A stretch of DNA of 64,000 nucleotides from Mobula hypostoma (GCF_963921235.1 NC_086098.1:104408001-104472000); one strand, 5' to 3'; shown: positions 11,294 to 24,449, counted from the first letter of the stretch. Program-made: numbers and translations. Notes: generated from the sequence alone by a model not told the origin.

Positions 11294-14200
11294 GTGTGGT
11301 AGTCCTTTGGATTCCAAGAAGACACGCTGTTGTGCAGTTCATCTGTGGACTCTGCAGTCCCAGTCTGGAAGCGCAGAGTCTAGCACAATGGGGGTACTGT
11401 TAGTCCGTTGTTGTAATAATTGTGGCTGCTGTTCTGTGATGCTGCTCACGGTTTTCCATCCGTTTTTGGTAGCGTCTATCTTCAAAACTGGTGTAGGCTT
11501 CATAGCAAAGGGCTCGCCAGCGGGTCTGTCAGCAGCCGCAGCTTCTAGTTCCCTTGGCTGGATGTCACAGTAGCGTAGGGTTTCCTTCACAGCGTCTTTG
11601 TAGCATTTTGCATGGACGACTTTGAGGTCTCCTTCCAGTCTCCAGTTCACCATAGAGCAGCTGGTGAGGCATACGGTGGTCGTCCATTCTGATGACGTGT
11701 CCCATGATCAGGGACTCAATGCTGGTGGACTCCGTGCGATCCAAGACCTCACAAGTTGGAGACACGGTCTTGCCAATGAATGCCAAGGATGGGGCGGAGG
11801 GCGCGCACGTGAAACTCCTCCAGTTGTTTGATGTGTTGTCGGTACAGAGTCCAGGTCTCACGTCCATCTAGGAGAGAAGGGATGACCACAGCTCTATGGA
11901 CTTCCAGCTTCATGGAGATGCGGACGTTGTGTCGATTGAGCACTCTGGTACGCAGCCTCCCCAGGGCCTGGCTGGCCGTGCAGATCCTGGAGTCAACTTC
12001 TTTGTCCAAAGACCCATCACTCGAGATGATGCTTCCTAAGTATATGAAACGGTTTACATTTGTCAGCTGGATGTCGTCAACAGTGAATTTTGGTTCTATG
12101 AGGTTGGAGTTTGGCACAGGCTGGTGAAGTACTTCAGTCTTGTTCAGGCTGATAGTCAGGCCAAAGTGCGTAGCAGCGTCTTGAGAATTTGTTCAGCATC
12201 AACCGCAGATCACTGTCTTTGTGCGCCAGGAACACACAGTCATCAGCAAAGAGGGTTTCTTGAATGACTGTATGAGGCACTTTGTCCGTGCGTTCAAGCG
12301 GTGAAGGTCAAACAGAGAGCCATCCATTCGGTACCTGATGTACACTCCCTCCTTCAGACCTTGGACAGCACAGGACAACATGCAAGTGAAGAACAGATTG
12401 AACAGGGCTGGGGCTAGTACACAGCCCCGCTTCACCCCATTGGAAATGGCAAATGCAGCTGATGTATCACCACTGCTAAAGACCTCTCCTGTCATTCCAT
12501 CGTGGAGCAGCTGAATCATCTTCACGAATTTCCTCCGGCATCCGAAACGTCTCAGGATGATCCAGGGGGCCTCCCTGTTTACAATCTCAAATGCCTTTGT
12601 CAGGTCAATGAAGAAAGAGTAAATAGGCTTGTTCTGCTCGATGCACTTCCGGACTTGCCTCACGGCAAATATCATGTCTACTGTACTCCATTCTGGCCGA
12701 AAGGCACATTGCGTCTCCGGGAGGTTCCTTTCCGAGACAGTGACAAGTCTGTTCAGGAGAACGCGGGCAAAAATCGTGCCTGCGATGGACAGCAGTGAGA
12801 TACCCCTGTAGCTTCTGCAGTCTGATTTGCTTCCTTCTTTTTGTAGAGAGCCACGATGAGGGCATTGCAGAAGTCACCAGGCATATCCTCTGTGATACAG
12901 ATGTCTTCTAGGATGTCTTGGAATGCCTGTAAGGCATTTGGGCCTAATGCTATGTAGATCTCGGCAGGAATGCCATCCTGCCGTTGCTTTATTTGAGTTC
13001 ATCTGCGAGATCACTTTCTTGATCTCATCAGTAGAGGGTGGCAGGTCTAGGTCATCCAGGACTGGCTGCTGAGGGATCTGCTGTAAGACATCAGGATCAA
13101 CTGTGGACGGCCTATTGAGTAGGTTGGAAAAGTGTTCAGCCCAGCGGTTTTTCAGTCCTTCCGGGTCTTTGATCAGGCTTGACCCGTCAGGTGACAGCAA
13201 GGAGGAGCATCCTGATTTAGAAGGACCATAAACTGACTTTATGGCGCTGAAGAACTCTCTGGTGGCATGCATGTCCATATAGCGTTCCACCTGCTCAGCC
13301 TTTCTCTGCCACCACTCGTCCTGCATTTCTCGCAGTTCCGTCTGTACTTTGGACTGCAGGTGTTTAAACTTGTCCTTCTTTGAGACAGATGATAGGTCAT
13401 TCTGCCAGTCTGCATAGGCCTTGTTCTTGGCTGGAAGGGCTGCTGAAATGGTCTCGTGGTTTTCATCAAACCAGTCTTGATGTGCTCAGGTTTTCAGTCC
13501 AAGTACAGTTGTTGCAGTCTGCATGACGGCATCTTTGAACTGCGTCCACTTTTCAGAACAGGTTCCCACAAGCGGTGAATTGCCGGAGAGTTTTTCATTG
13601 AACATCTTGAAAATGTTGGACTTGACCTGGGTCTTGCAGTCTGCCGATGTTGAATGACAGTCTTTGGTTGCTTATGATGCAAAGGGGCTACATGCAGGTT
13701 GAGGAGCGACCAAACCAGCCTGCGATCTGTCCAACACTCAGCACCTTGCATGGCCCTGGCGATGGTGACATCTTGAAGGTCACGCTGGCGTACTATGACA
13801 TAGTCGAGTAGATACCAGTGTTTGGACCTGGGATGCATCCAGCTTGTTTTGTACTTGTTTGAAAGTCTGAATGTCGTGTTAGTGATGCACAAGTTGTGCT
13901 TGGCACACTTGCTCAGAAGCAGCAGGCCGTTACTGTTTAGTTTTCCCACCCCATATCTCCCAAGGACTCCGTCTCAGTTGTCGCTGTCTGTCCCCACCCT
14001 AGCGTTGAAGTCGCCCAAGATGACTAGTTTGTCGCTAGTGGGGGTTGTCCGAACAGTCTGGTCCAGGTCCTCGTAGAAACTTTCCTTGTCCTTGTCTGGC
14101 CTCACGAGAGTTGGTGCATAGGCACAGACAATGGTGATAAACCGGGACTTGCTGAGGGGAAAGCGGAACTTCATGATACCTTCATTTATTCCAGTGGGTA

Positions 14201-15333
14201 GGGATGTTCTTCAGCAGAGCGGTTTTGATTGCAAAACCTACTCCGTGGATCCTGTCGTCAATCTGTGGTTTCCCCTTTCCAAAAGAATGTATATCCAGTC
14301 ACTGCTTCCTGTAATGAACCCTCATCTGCAAGCCTGGTCTCACTGAGTGGGCGATATCAGTGCGATAACGGCGAAGTTCGGCCGCTGTGAGTGCTGTTCG
14401 TCTTTCAAGCCTTGCCACCTTGTCTCTGTCCAGCAGGGTGCAGACGTTCCAGGCTCCAAAGATGAGTTTTCTTTGATTTGTTTTTCTTGATGGATATCGA
14501 CCGCTAAGGAGATGATCCGCCAGCTGTGGTTAGCTAGCCAGATGTTGTGGGGCAGGCAATGTTTAGGGTACCTTCTCTAACCCCCTCCCTCATGCGAGGA
14601 TGGGCAGTGCTGTTCTAAAGGGGCTGCCCAGTCGCCCTGGATGCTGCCAGACATCTCTGCTGCCCCGGGTACAGAGACAAACAACCACTGGTCCAAAGGC
14701 TGCCTATGTGCAGGTTCGTGACTACAGCTGCCTGTGGTCATCTCCACCTGTTGCTTCACTACTCCCCCATTGCCGCAGGGCTTGACGAGTTGGGTTTGGA
14801 CTGAGATGAATTGCACAACAGAAAGCTGTGTGTGATGGAGTTTTGAGTGGAACAGCCGTTGCACAGGGGCAATCCCACTCTCTCAGCAGAAGAGACATTA
14901 ATCCAGTGGCACGGACAACTGTTACGGCTGGAGACCTCTCCTGCTGCAGTGGATGACCAGGACATCTAAGTGCCTTGTTGTGCTCTTAGCACTCCACAAC
15001 GCTTGCTGGGCCTGCCTCCTTGACCGTTGGACCATTAATCGGTCTCCTCCGCTCAACCTGCCAGGGCCAGACTTCACATACTGGGATAGGCAGATCCCCT
15101 ACCTCAACAGAGGGTCGAAGACCCGTCGGCTACCCTCACCTGGTGTGGCACATCTGCCGAGACGGTTTACCGGGGTGTGGCTGCTGCGCGTTACAATTAC
15201 TTGGAGCCACGGGTGAGAGCTGAGCGCCAGGCAGGGACCAAAGGTGGTCGAGCTGCCCTGAAAAGGGCACGGCAGGGCCCCCCCCCCACCACCACCACCA
15301 GAGGTGCAACCCCTCACTAGACACCCCATACGC
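11294..15333 (-). mobile_element. Full-length RTE-clade (BovB-like) LINE, frameshifted
   Basis: 10-bp TSD CTCTAATCAT at 11284-11293 and 15334-15343. APE motifs FGAWNV, AYAPT, GDFNARVG and LDYVIVR. RT motifs FIDLTKAF, GVKRGCVLAPALF and YLGS. GC-rich 5'UTR of about 850 nt. Confidence 0.92.
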
Positions 15334-15344
15334 CTCTAATCATA

Positions 15345-15500
15345 AACAAAAGAAAATCTGCAAATGCTGGAAAACAAAGCAACACACACAAAATGCTGGA
15401 GGAACTCAGCAGGCCGGGCTGCATCTATGCAAAAATGTTTCGGGCTGAGAAACTGCTAAAGGATCTTGGTCCAAAACATCAACTGCACTTTTTTCCATAG
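15345..15500. mobile_element. Degenerate PLE termini (partly inverted)
   Basis: aatctgcaaatgctgg...ggaggaactcagcagg...gtttcgggctgaga, then reversed ggatcttggtccaaaacatcaactg. Confidence 0.55.
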
Positions 15501-16633
15501 ACGGGATTTGATGGAAGTACATTTGAATAAACATAGAAATTGTTTGTTATCTGGAACATGCCGCCACAGAAGTTGGTGTAGTACAATCATTACGCTTAAA
15601 AGGCAATTAGAAAGACACTGATATAGCCAAGGCATTGTAGCATACAGACCTAATGCAGGCAAATGGAATAAGTACAGATGGGCAAAAAGATCAGCAAAGA
15701 TGTGGTGGGCTGAAGTGTCCGCACCTGTGCTGCAACAGTCATGAATCCACAAGGATGGTGGGCGGAGTAAAAAAGAATATTGCAGTGATAGAATAGGGAA
15801 TGTTGTTGTGCTCGTGTTTACATAATAACAAAGCTAAAGTGAGAAAATGTTCCTTTACCAAAGAACTAGATGTTTCATTTGCACAGCAGGCAATGCTACA
15901 TTGAAATGACAATTCCATTCAAAAGATTAACCAATCTTTCATTTCAGATTCAAAAACATTTTTTTACTGGACTCTTTACATTTCATATTGTGTCATTAAG
16001 CTCTTTGATCATTCAAATGTTAACAACAGACTGTTAACTTTGGATCAAATCCAACTAATTAATTTAATACCATATGGAGGTTAACGCAATTCCTTACATT
16101 TTAACCAGGGATCAGTGTATGACTTCTGGTCATGATGCTTCAAAATCAATGTCCTCACTGTGGTGATGTCTCACATTCTATGATAAATTTTCAATTTAAT
16201 TTATTTCCTAGAGGGTTGGACTGAGCATGTTATATAATTTGGCATGAAATACATGGTTCCAGCGAATTGCTTGTGTTTAAAACCATCAGTGTCAATCCTC
16301 TATAAGATCTACTATCTTTGCTAAAGAGAATCACTCTGCATGTCATAAGCACTGATGAAACTCCAGCAGTCTGAGAGAAAATCATTTACCTCTTTCGCTC
16401 ATCAAAAGGACTTAGAAGGAATCTTCTTTAAACTAAAAGACTGTACTGGTTACGCTGAAATTATCCAGAAAAAAACTCAGTTGAAGAACTTGTTCAGCCA
16501 TTCCAAATCTTCCTGTAATCAATCAACATTCTTTCACTTCATGCAACCTGTTTCTCAAACCTCCATCAGAAAGTATTCTTCAAACTCCAGCATCTTGTAA
16601 TATTTTATTTTCCACTCTAATTTTTAAATTATT

Positions 16634-18764
16634 CAGTGCCTATAAAAAGTATTCACCCCCTTGGAAGCTTTCATGTTTTATTGTTTTACAACATTGAAAC
16701 ACAGTGGACTTAATTTGGCTTTTTTGACACAACAACAGAAAAAACTCTTTCATGTCAAAGTGAAAGCAGATCTCTAAAAAGTGACCTAAATTAATTACAA
16801 ATATCAAACAGAAAATAATTGATTACATAAGCATTCACTCCATTTAATATGACACAGCAAATCATCACCAGTGCAGCCGGTTGGTTTTAGAAGTCACATA
16901 ATTAGTTAAATGGAGATTACTGTGTGCAGTCAAGGTGTTTCAATTGATTGTAGTAAAAATACACCTGTATCTGGAATGCACCTGTATGCTAGCGAGTCAG
17001 TATCCTGGCAAAAACTACACCATGAAGACAAAAGAACACTCCAAGCAACTCTGTGAAAAGGTTATTGAAAAAAACAAGTCAGGAGATGGATACAAGAAAA
17101 TTTCCAAGTCACTGAATATCCCTTGGAGCACAGTTAAGCCAATCATCGAGAAATGAAAAGAATATGGCACAGCTGGAAACCTGCCTCGAACAGGCCATCC
17201 TCAAAAACTGAGTGACCGTGCAAGAAGGGGACTACTGACGGAGCCACTAAGAGACATGACAATTCTGAGCAACACACACAAAATGCTGGAGGAACTCAGC
17301 AGGCCAGGCAGCATCTATGGGAAAAGGTACAGTCGATGTTTCAGGCCGGAACCTTTGGTAGGGCTGGAGAAAAAAAGCTGTGGAGTAGATATAAAAGGTG
17401 GGGGAGGGGTGAGAGAAACACCAAGTGATGGGTGAGACTTGGAGGGTGTGGGATCAAGTAAAGAACTGGGAGGTTGAATGGTATAAGAGACAGAAGGACA
17501 CGGAGGAAAAAAGGGGGTGAGGAACACCAGAGGGAAGCGATGGGTGGGCAAGGAGATAAGGCGAGAGAGGAAAAAGGGGATGGAAAGTGGTGAAGGTGTG
17601 GACGGGGGGGGACAGGGGGAGGGCATTACCCAAAGTTTGAGAAATCAATGTTCACACCACCAGACTGGAGGCTACCCAAACAGAATACAAACTGTTGTTC
17701 CTCCAACCTAAGTGTGGCCTCATCACGACAGTGGAAGAGGCCATGGATGGACATATGGGAATGGGAATTGGAATCAAAATGGGTGCCCACTGGGAGATCC
17801 CGCTTGTTCTCGCAGATAACTCTGAAGCAGTTACAATCTTCAGTGGCTGAGATCGGAGAGACTATGCATACAACAACTGTTGCCTGGGTGCTTCACCAGC
17901 CACAGCTTTATAGGAGACTAAGAAAGAGAAAGCCACTGTTTAGAAAAACCCACATGAAATCTTGGCTAGAGTTTGCCAGAAGGCATACGGGAAGACTCTG
18001 AAGTCAGGCAGAAGAAGGGTCTATGGTCCAATGAAAATAAAGTTGAGCTTTTTTGCCATCTGACTCATGGGATGCTTCACTACAGCAGGACTTGAAAGTC
18101 CTGAAGTCAGCTGGAAGAAGGTTCTCTGGTCTGTGAAGGTTGTGAAGATAGAGGGTAAAATGAATGCAGCAAAATACAGGAAAATCCTGGAGGAAAACCT
18201 GACGCAGTCTGTAAAAGAACTGCAACTTGGGAGAAGATTTGTTTTCCAGCAAGAAAATGACCCCAAGCATAAAAGCCAAGCTAACCAGGAATGGTTTAAA
18301 AACAACAAAATTAGTGTCCTACAATGGCCAAGTCAGAATACAGACCTCAATCCAATTGAGAATTTGTGGCTGGACTTGAAAAGTCTGTTCACTCACTATC
18401 CACATGCAATGTGACAGAGCTTAAGCAGCTGTGGTAAAGAACAATGAGGGAGAAATTGCGGTGTCCAGATATGCGAAGATAAAAGAGACCTATCCACACA
18501 GACTCAAGGTTATAAATGCTGCCAAAGGTGCATCTACTAAATACTGACTTGAAGGGGGTGAGTAATTATGCAATCAATTATTTTGGGTTTAATAATTGTA
18601 ATAAATTTAGACCAATTTGTAGACATCTGTTTTCACTTTGACACAACAGTCGTTTCTATCGATCAGTGTCAAAAAAGCCAAATTAAATCCACTGTGATTC
18701 AATGTTGTAAAACAATAAACCATGAAAACTTCCAAAGGAGATGAATACTTTTTTTTAGGCACTG
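16634..18764 (+). mobile_element. Tc1/mariner (IR/DR-type Tc1) DNA transposon, inactive
   Basis: About 200-bp inverted repeats starting CAGTGCCTA(T/A)AAAAAGTATTCA, with internal direct-repeat copies and TA after the right end. Transposase from ATG 17022 (MKTKEHS...GYKKISKSLNIPWSTV), plus WKKVLWS, FQQENDPKH and DLNPIENLW. Stops and deletions present. Confidence 0.92.
17269..17814 (-). mobile_element. PLE 3' fragment inserted in the Tc1 transposase
   Basis: Homologous to 497-1138. Imperfect direct repeat GACAATTCTGA (17258-17268) / GATAACTCTGA (17815-17825). The hammerhead core at about 17330-17365 is mutated. Confidence 0.75.
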
Positions 18765-19412
18765 TATATTTTAACTCATTTTGCCTTATTTGTTTACTCT
18801 CTGCATTTCTTATTCTTCTATTAGATGAACAAATCTTCAAATATTAATCCCAAAGGCAGACATCATAAGAGGCACAAAAACAGGCCCTGAATCCAGTTAG
18901 CCAATACGGATCAGTTGCTTTCCTAAGCTCGTCCCATTTACCTGCATTTGGCTCATATCCGTTTAAACCCTTCCGATTCATAAATCTCTCCGAATATTGT
19001 AATTGTGCTCACTTCTACAGCTTTCCCTAACATTTTATTCTTTATACTCTATCTTTCTTTTCTTTTTAATTCTTTTTATTGAGTAAGTATACAAAAAAGG
19101 TAAGCCATATAAACATTAATACAATGTTAAAGTATAATAAAATTCCAAAAGATAACAATACCAAAAAGAAAATACTACAAACAATGTAATTTAAGCATAA
19201 GAAACCAAGATAACATAATAGTATACTAGATTTTATATATATCAATGGAAAAAAAGAAAAAAAAACCCCCAAAAAAAAACCCACCGTGCAACTAACTAAA
19301 AGCAAAACAAAGCAATGGGCTAACTTGAAACCAAACAGAGTTAAACTTAAAATCACGTCCTCAATCCCGACCTCCATTAAAACAGTGAAAAAAAAAACAA
19401 GAAGGGTAAATA

Positions 19413-22400
19413 TTACATTAAATGAAAATATCGAATAAAAGGTCCCCAAATCTGTTCAAATTTAAATGAAGAATCATAAAGGTTACTTCTAATTTTCTCC
19501 AGATTCAAACATAAAATCGTCTGAGAAAACCAAAAAAAGGTAGTTGGAGCATTAAGCTCTTTCCAATGTTGTAAAATACATCTTTTCGCCATTAAAGTAA
19601 GAAATGCAATCATTCTACGGGCTGAAGGGGAAAGATTACTAGAAATTTTAGGTAGTCCAAAGATAGCAGTAATAGGATGAGGAGAGATATCTATATTTAA
19701 TACCTTAGAAATAATATTGAAAATATCTCTCCAAAAAGTTTCCAAAGTAGGGCAAGACCAAAACATATGAGTTAAAGAGGCTATCTGCCCCGAACATCTA
19801 TCACAGAAGGGATTAATATGCGAGTAAAAACGCGCTAACTTATCTTTGGACATATGTGCTCTATGAACCACTTTAAATTGAATTAGGGAATGTTTAGCAC
19901 AAATAGAGGAAGTATTAACTAATTGTAAAATCTGCCCCCAATCATCCACAGAAATGGTAAGCCCCAATTCCTGTTCCCAATCTACCCTAATCTTATCAAA
20001 TGGAGCTTTCCTAAGTTTCATAATAATATTATAAATCATAGCCGATGCACCTTTCTGACATGGGTTAAGGTTAATTATCGAATCTAAAATATATATAGGA
20101 GGAAGCATTGGAAAGGAAGAAAGTATAGTACTTAGGAAATTTCTAACTTGTAAATATCTAAAAAAATGTATTCTTGATAAGTTATATTTATTAGATAATT
20201 GTTCAAAAGACATAAGGGAACCATCTAAAAATAAATCCAAAAACCGTAAAATACCCTTAGTCTTCCAAGTTTGAAAAGCGCGATCCGTAAAAGAGGGAGG
20301 AAAAAATATGTTACCTAAAATAGGAATCGCTAACCCGAATTGATTAAGATCAAAAAATTTTCTGAATTGAAACCAAATACGCAAAGCATATTTAACGATC
20401 GGGTTAGAGACCTGCTTAAGGCGTTTCGAATCAAAAGGAAGAGATGAACCTAAAATAGAACCAAGTGTATAACCCTGAACAGATTGTAATTCCAATGCTA
20501 CCCATTTAGGAAGAGATAGTATGTCCCGGTCAAGTAACCAAAATTTCATATGTCGAATATTAATAGCCCAATAATAAAATCTAAAGTTAGGTAATGCTAA
20601 ACCTCCATCTCTCTTAGCTTTCTGCAAATGTATTTTACCCAGTCTCGGATTCTTATTCTGCCAAATAAATGAAGAAATTTTAGAGTCGACTTTATCAAAA
20701 AAAGATTTAGGAACGAAGATTGGTAATGCCTGAAACACATATAAAAATTTTGGCAAAAAAAACATCTTAACTGCATTAATACGACCAATCAAAGTTAAAT
20801 ATAAGGGAAACCATTTAGATGAAAGTTGAGTAATATGGTCTATTAATGGTAAAAAGTTAGTCTTAAATAAATCTTTATGTTTACAAGTAATTTTAATCCC
20901 AAGATATGAAAGGTAATTATTAATCAATTTAAATGGAAATTTATAATATAAGGGAAGATGTTTATTAATCGGAAAAAGTTCACTCTTACTAAGATTTAAT
21001 TTATAACCTGAGAAAAGACCAAATTGTGCTAATAACTCTAAAACAGCAGGAATAGATCTCTCAGGATTAGAAATATATAAAAGTAAATCATCAGCATAGA
21101 GCGATAATTTATGGGACTTTAATCCCCGAGTTATCCCAGTAATATTTGAAGATTCTCGAATAGCAATTGCAAGAGGTTCTAATGCAATATCAAATAATAG
21201 GGGACTAAGAGGACAGCCTTGTCGAGTACCACGAAAGAGAGGAAAAAAAGGTGAGTTTAAAGAGTTAGTACGAACCGAGGCTACAGGGGAGTGATATAAC
21301 AGTTTAATCCAGGATATAAATTTCAAGCTAAAATTAAACATTTCAAGCACCTTAAATAAATAAGGCCATTCTACTCTATCAAAAGCTTTCTTGGCATCTA
21401 AAGAAATAACACACTCAGGAACATTTTGTGAGGGAGTATAAACGATATTTAACAATGTACGAATATTATAAAAAGAGTAACGACCTTTAATAAAACCCGT
21501 TTGGTCTTCCGAAATAATAGAAGGAAGTACTTTTTCTAGTCTATTTGCTAATAACTTAGAAAAAACTTTAGAATCAACATTTAATAAAGATATTGGTCTA
21601 TAAGATGCACATTGAGTAGGGTCTTTATCCTTCTTTAGTATTAAAGAAATTGATGCTCTATTAAAAGATTCCGGAAGTTTACCAAGTTTCAAAGAAGCCT
21701 CAAAAACCTTATAGAGCCAAGGAATCAATAAAGAAGCAAAACATTTATAAAATTCAACAGTAAACCCATCAGGGCCAGGAGCTTTCCCCAGATTCATAGA
21801 AAAAATAACATTCTTAATCTCATCCATTGTAATGGAAGTATCTAATAAAGAAGACATATCCTGTGAAATCTGAGGGAAGTCTAACTTATCTAAAAAATCA
21901 TTCATATATTTAGAATCTCGAGGAGACTCTGATTGATATAAAGAAGAATAAAAATCACAAAAGGTTTGATTAATCCCCACATGATCCAATATCAATCGAT
22001 CATTTTGGTTATAAATCTGATTGATTTGAGATTTAACATAATTAGATTTCAATTGATTAGCCAGCAGCTTGCCAATTTTATCACTGTGAACATAAAAATC
22101 ACTTCTTGTTTTCTTTAATTGGTTTACAATCGAGGACGAGAGTAGTAAACTGTGTTCCATTTGAAGTTCAGTTCTTTGTTTGTATAGCTCCTCAGAAGGA
22201 GCCATAACATATTTCTTATCAATTTCTTTAATCTTGTCCACAATTGCCATCTCCTCCTGCTTCTGTTTCTTCCTCAAAGCAACGGAATACGAAATAATCT
22301 GACCCCGAATATAGGCTTTAAAAGTGTCCCAAAGAGTGTTAACCGAAATATCTTCTGTATGGTTAATTGTAAAAAAAAGCTCAATCTGTTCATTCATAAA

Positions 22401-22752
22401 ATTAACAAAGTCCGAGTCCTGAAGCAACAGCGAATTAAAACGCCATTGTCTATTGTTTGGTATATTGGCCATAATTTTAATAGAAAGCTTAAGTGGAGCA
22501 TGATCCGAAATGGTTATAGAATCATAATCACATTTAATCACTGAAGGAATGAGACGAGAATCAATAAAAAAATAATCAATTCTTGAATAGGAATGATGAA
22601 CATGTGAAAAAAAGGAAAAATCTTTTTCCTGAGGATGCAGAAAACGCCAAATGTCCGTCGACCCAGAATCAGAAAGGAAAAAATTAATCAAATTTGCAGA
22701 TTTATTAGGTAAAGTCCGTAAAGGAGCCGAACGGTCCAAAGCTGGAGATAAA
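19413..22752 (-). CDS. L1 ORF2, main part (APE C-terminal half, reverse transcriptase, C-terminal CCHC)
   Basis: Uninterrupted ORF of 1108 aa with SRIDYFF, SDHAP, KAPGPDG, YRPISLLN, GTRQGCPLSPLLF, YADD, YLGI and CDRC...HMFWSC. Confidence 0.95.
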
Positions 22753-23290
22753 TAAGAAGAAACTTGACTTTTTGACTTTTAAAAACTCTGACTTGGAATC
22801 TAGAATGCGACGGCAGAATTTACGAATGATTGGCGTGAGGGAAGCCGTAGAAGCTAACAACCCCATGAAATATTTCTCTCAACTTTTAAAAGATGCATTC
22901 CCTACTGTATTTCCTGACCAACCACCGCTACTGGATCGTGTTCACAGAATCCCATCATACTCGTCTAGGTCAGATAGACCTAGGCATGTTATCTTACGTT
23001 TTCATTACTTTCAAGACAAGGAGAGACTGTTTCGATTCGCTCGATCTAAAGGTTTCATTGATTTTTCGGATCTTAGGTTCCGATTCGTGGAAGATTTCAG
23101 TAAACCAATCTGGGACCAACGGGTCCGTTACAGATCCGTGATGTCGGAATTCTATAAGATGGATTTAAGACCAGCGCTGCTGTACCCTGCACGTCTAAGG
23201 ATTCGCATGTTAGATGGAGCCCTTCGTTTTTTTGATTCTCCATCGGATGCCCAGAGTTATCTGGATCAACTTTCATCTTCAACATCTTAA
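22753..23290 (+). CDS. L1 ORF1 C-terminal part (inverted segment, 5'-truncated)
   Basis: DLESRMRRQNLRMIGVRE, DRVHR, PRHVILRF and LLYPARLRI motifs of L1 ORF1p (Transposase_22-type). Confidence 0.9.
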
Positions 23291-24012
23291 TTGCCTTTTT
23301 TTTAATTTTCTCCGTTGATCGGAGGCTGTGAATTGGTTGGTTTTAACTTTTCTGTGCCCTATTTGGGCAGAAAAGTTTACTTTTGATTTCTTAATATGGC
23401 TGCTAAACTTTCTTTTTAACTGCGTCATTTCTTTCTTTTCCCAGGGGATTCTGGGTGGTTACTTCCCTTTTGTCATCTTACGTATTTCCTGTGCGGCCTG
23501 AAATTTTGTAGTATTTTTTTAAATTTTATTCTGTTTTGCTTTTTATAATCACTTTATGTTAATAATCCTATTTTTTTTTGTTGCTGTGTCTATTCATGAG
23601 TTTGAGGTTTATTGTGGTTTTTTTTAATATATATTTTCCGGCTTTTGTTCTGTTCTGTGTGTATTCTAATTGAACTAACTTTTTTTTACTTATTTTTTTA
23701 CTGTTTTACAATTAGCTGATCCTTTTCATATTTATACCTTTTTTTTAGGGAGCGTATACCGGAAGTCATGGGGGTAGTTTTAGCGCTTGCTTCTTTCCGG
23801 CGGGTCTGCTTTAGATTTTGCCTTGGGGTCTTGGGGTGGGGGGTGGTGGGAGGGGCTTCACGTTTTAGTTTGTTTTTCTTTGGGCTATATACATTATTGA
23901 AGTACTGGTTACGTCCTTTTCCCCGGTATCTTTTGTATGTTCTGTTTCCTCTCCGGGTTTGTGGGTCGCGCCTATTGTCAATCCTCCTTGTTGTGGGTTG
24001 ACTTTAGGATTT

Positions 24013-24449
24013 ATGGAGTCTATTATTAATTTTGTCTCCTGGAATACTAATGGTCTTAATCATCCTATTAAAAGAAAAAAAGTTTTTAAAGTGTTCCGGA
24101 GACTTAAAGCACAAATTTTATTTTTACAAGAGACCCATGGACGGAGGGGGGACAGACTACGTTTTTTCAAATTCTGGAAGGGACAACAATTTCATTCGAA
24201 CTCCAATGCTAAGATTCGAGGCGTCTCTATTTTTATAGATTCCTCAGTTACTTTTATACAACAGGATATTATCTCTGATCCGAATGGTAGATTTTTATTG
24301 GTTAGTGGTTTACTATTTAATAAAAAAGTAGTTTTGGTTAATGTTTATGCTCCTAATATGGATTGTCCGGAATTTTATAAATCATTGTTTGATCAGTTTC
24401 CGAATTTGAACGAGTTTTCATTGATTTGGGGCGGAGATCTTAATACCTG
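24013..24449 (+). CDS. L1 ORF2 N-terminal APE endonuclease part (inverted segment)
   Basis: MESIINFVSWNTNGLN...FLQETH...DPNGRF...NVYAPN...GGDLNTC, ending at the TSD. Confidence 0.92.

Larger units (their letters stand above)
19057..24449 (-). mobile_element. L1-clade LINE, 5'-truncated and 5'-inverted, young
   Basis: 16-bp TSD TTTATACTCTATCTTT at 19041-19056 and 24450-24465. AATAAA and A-rich tail on the minus strand at 19057-19080. 19057-22752 is minus-oriented and 22753-24449 plus-oriented. Confidence 0.95.

Noticed and set aside
15010-15333. HDV-like ribozyme at the RTE 5' end as a firm call
   Set aside because: The helices I could identify do not follow the nested double-pseudoknot order, so it is kept only as a testable possibility.
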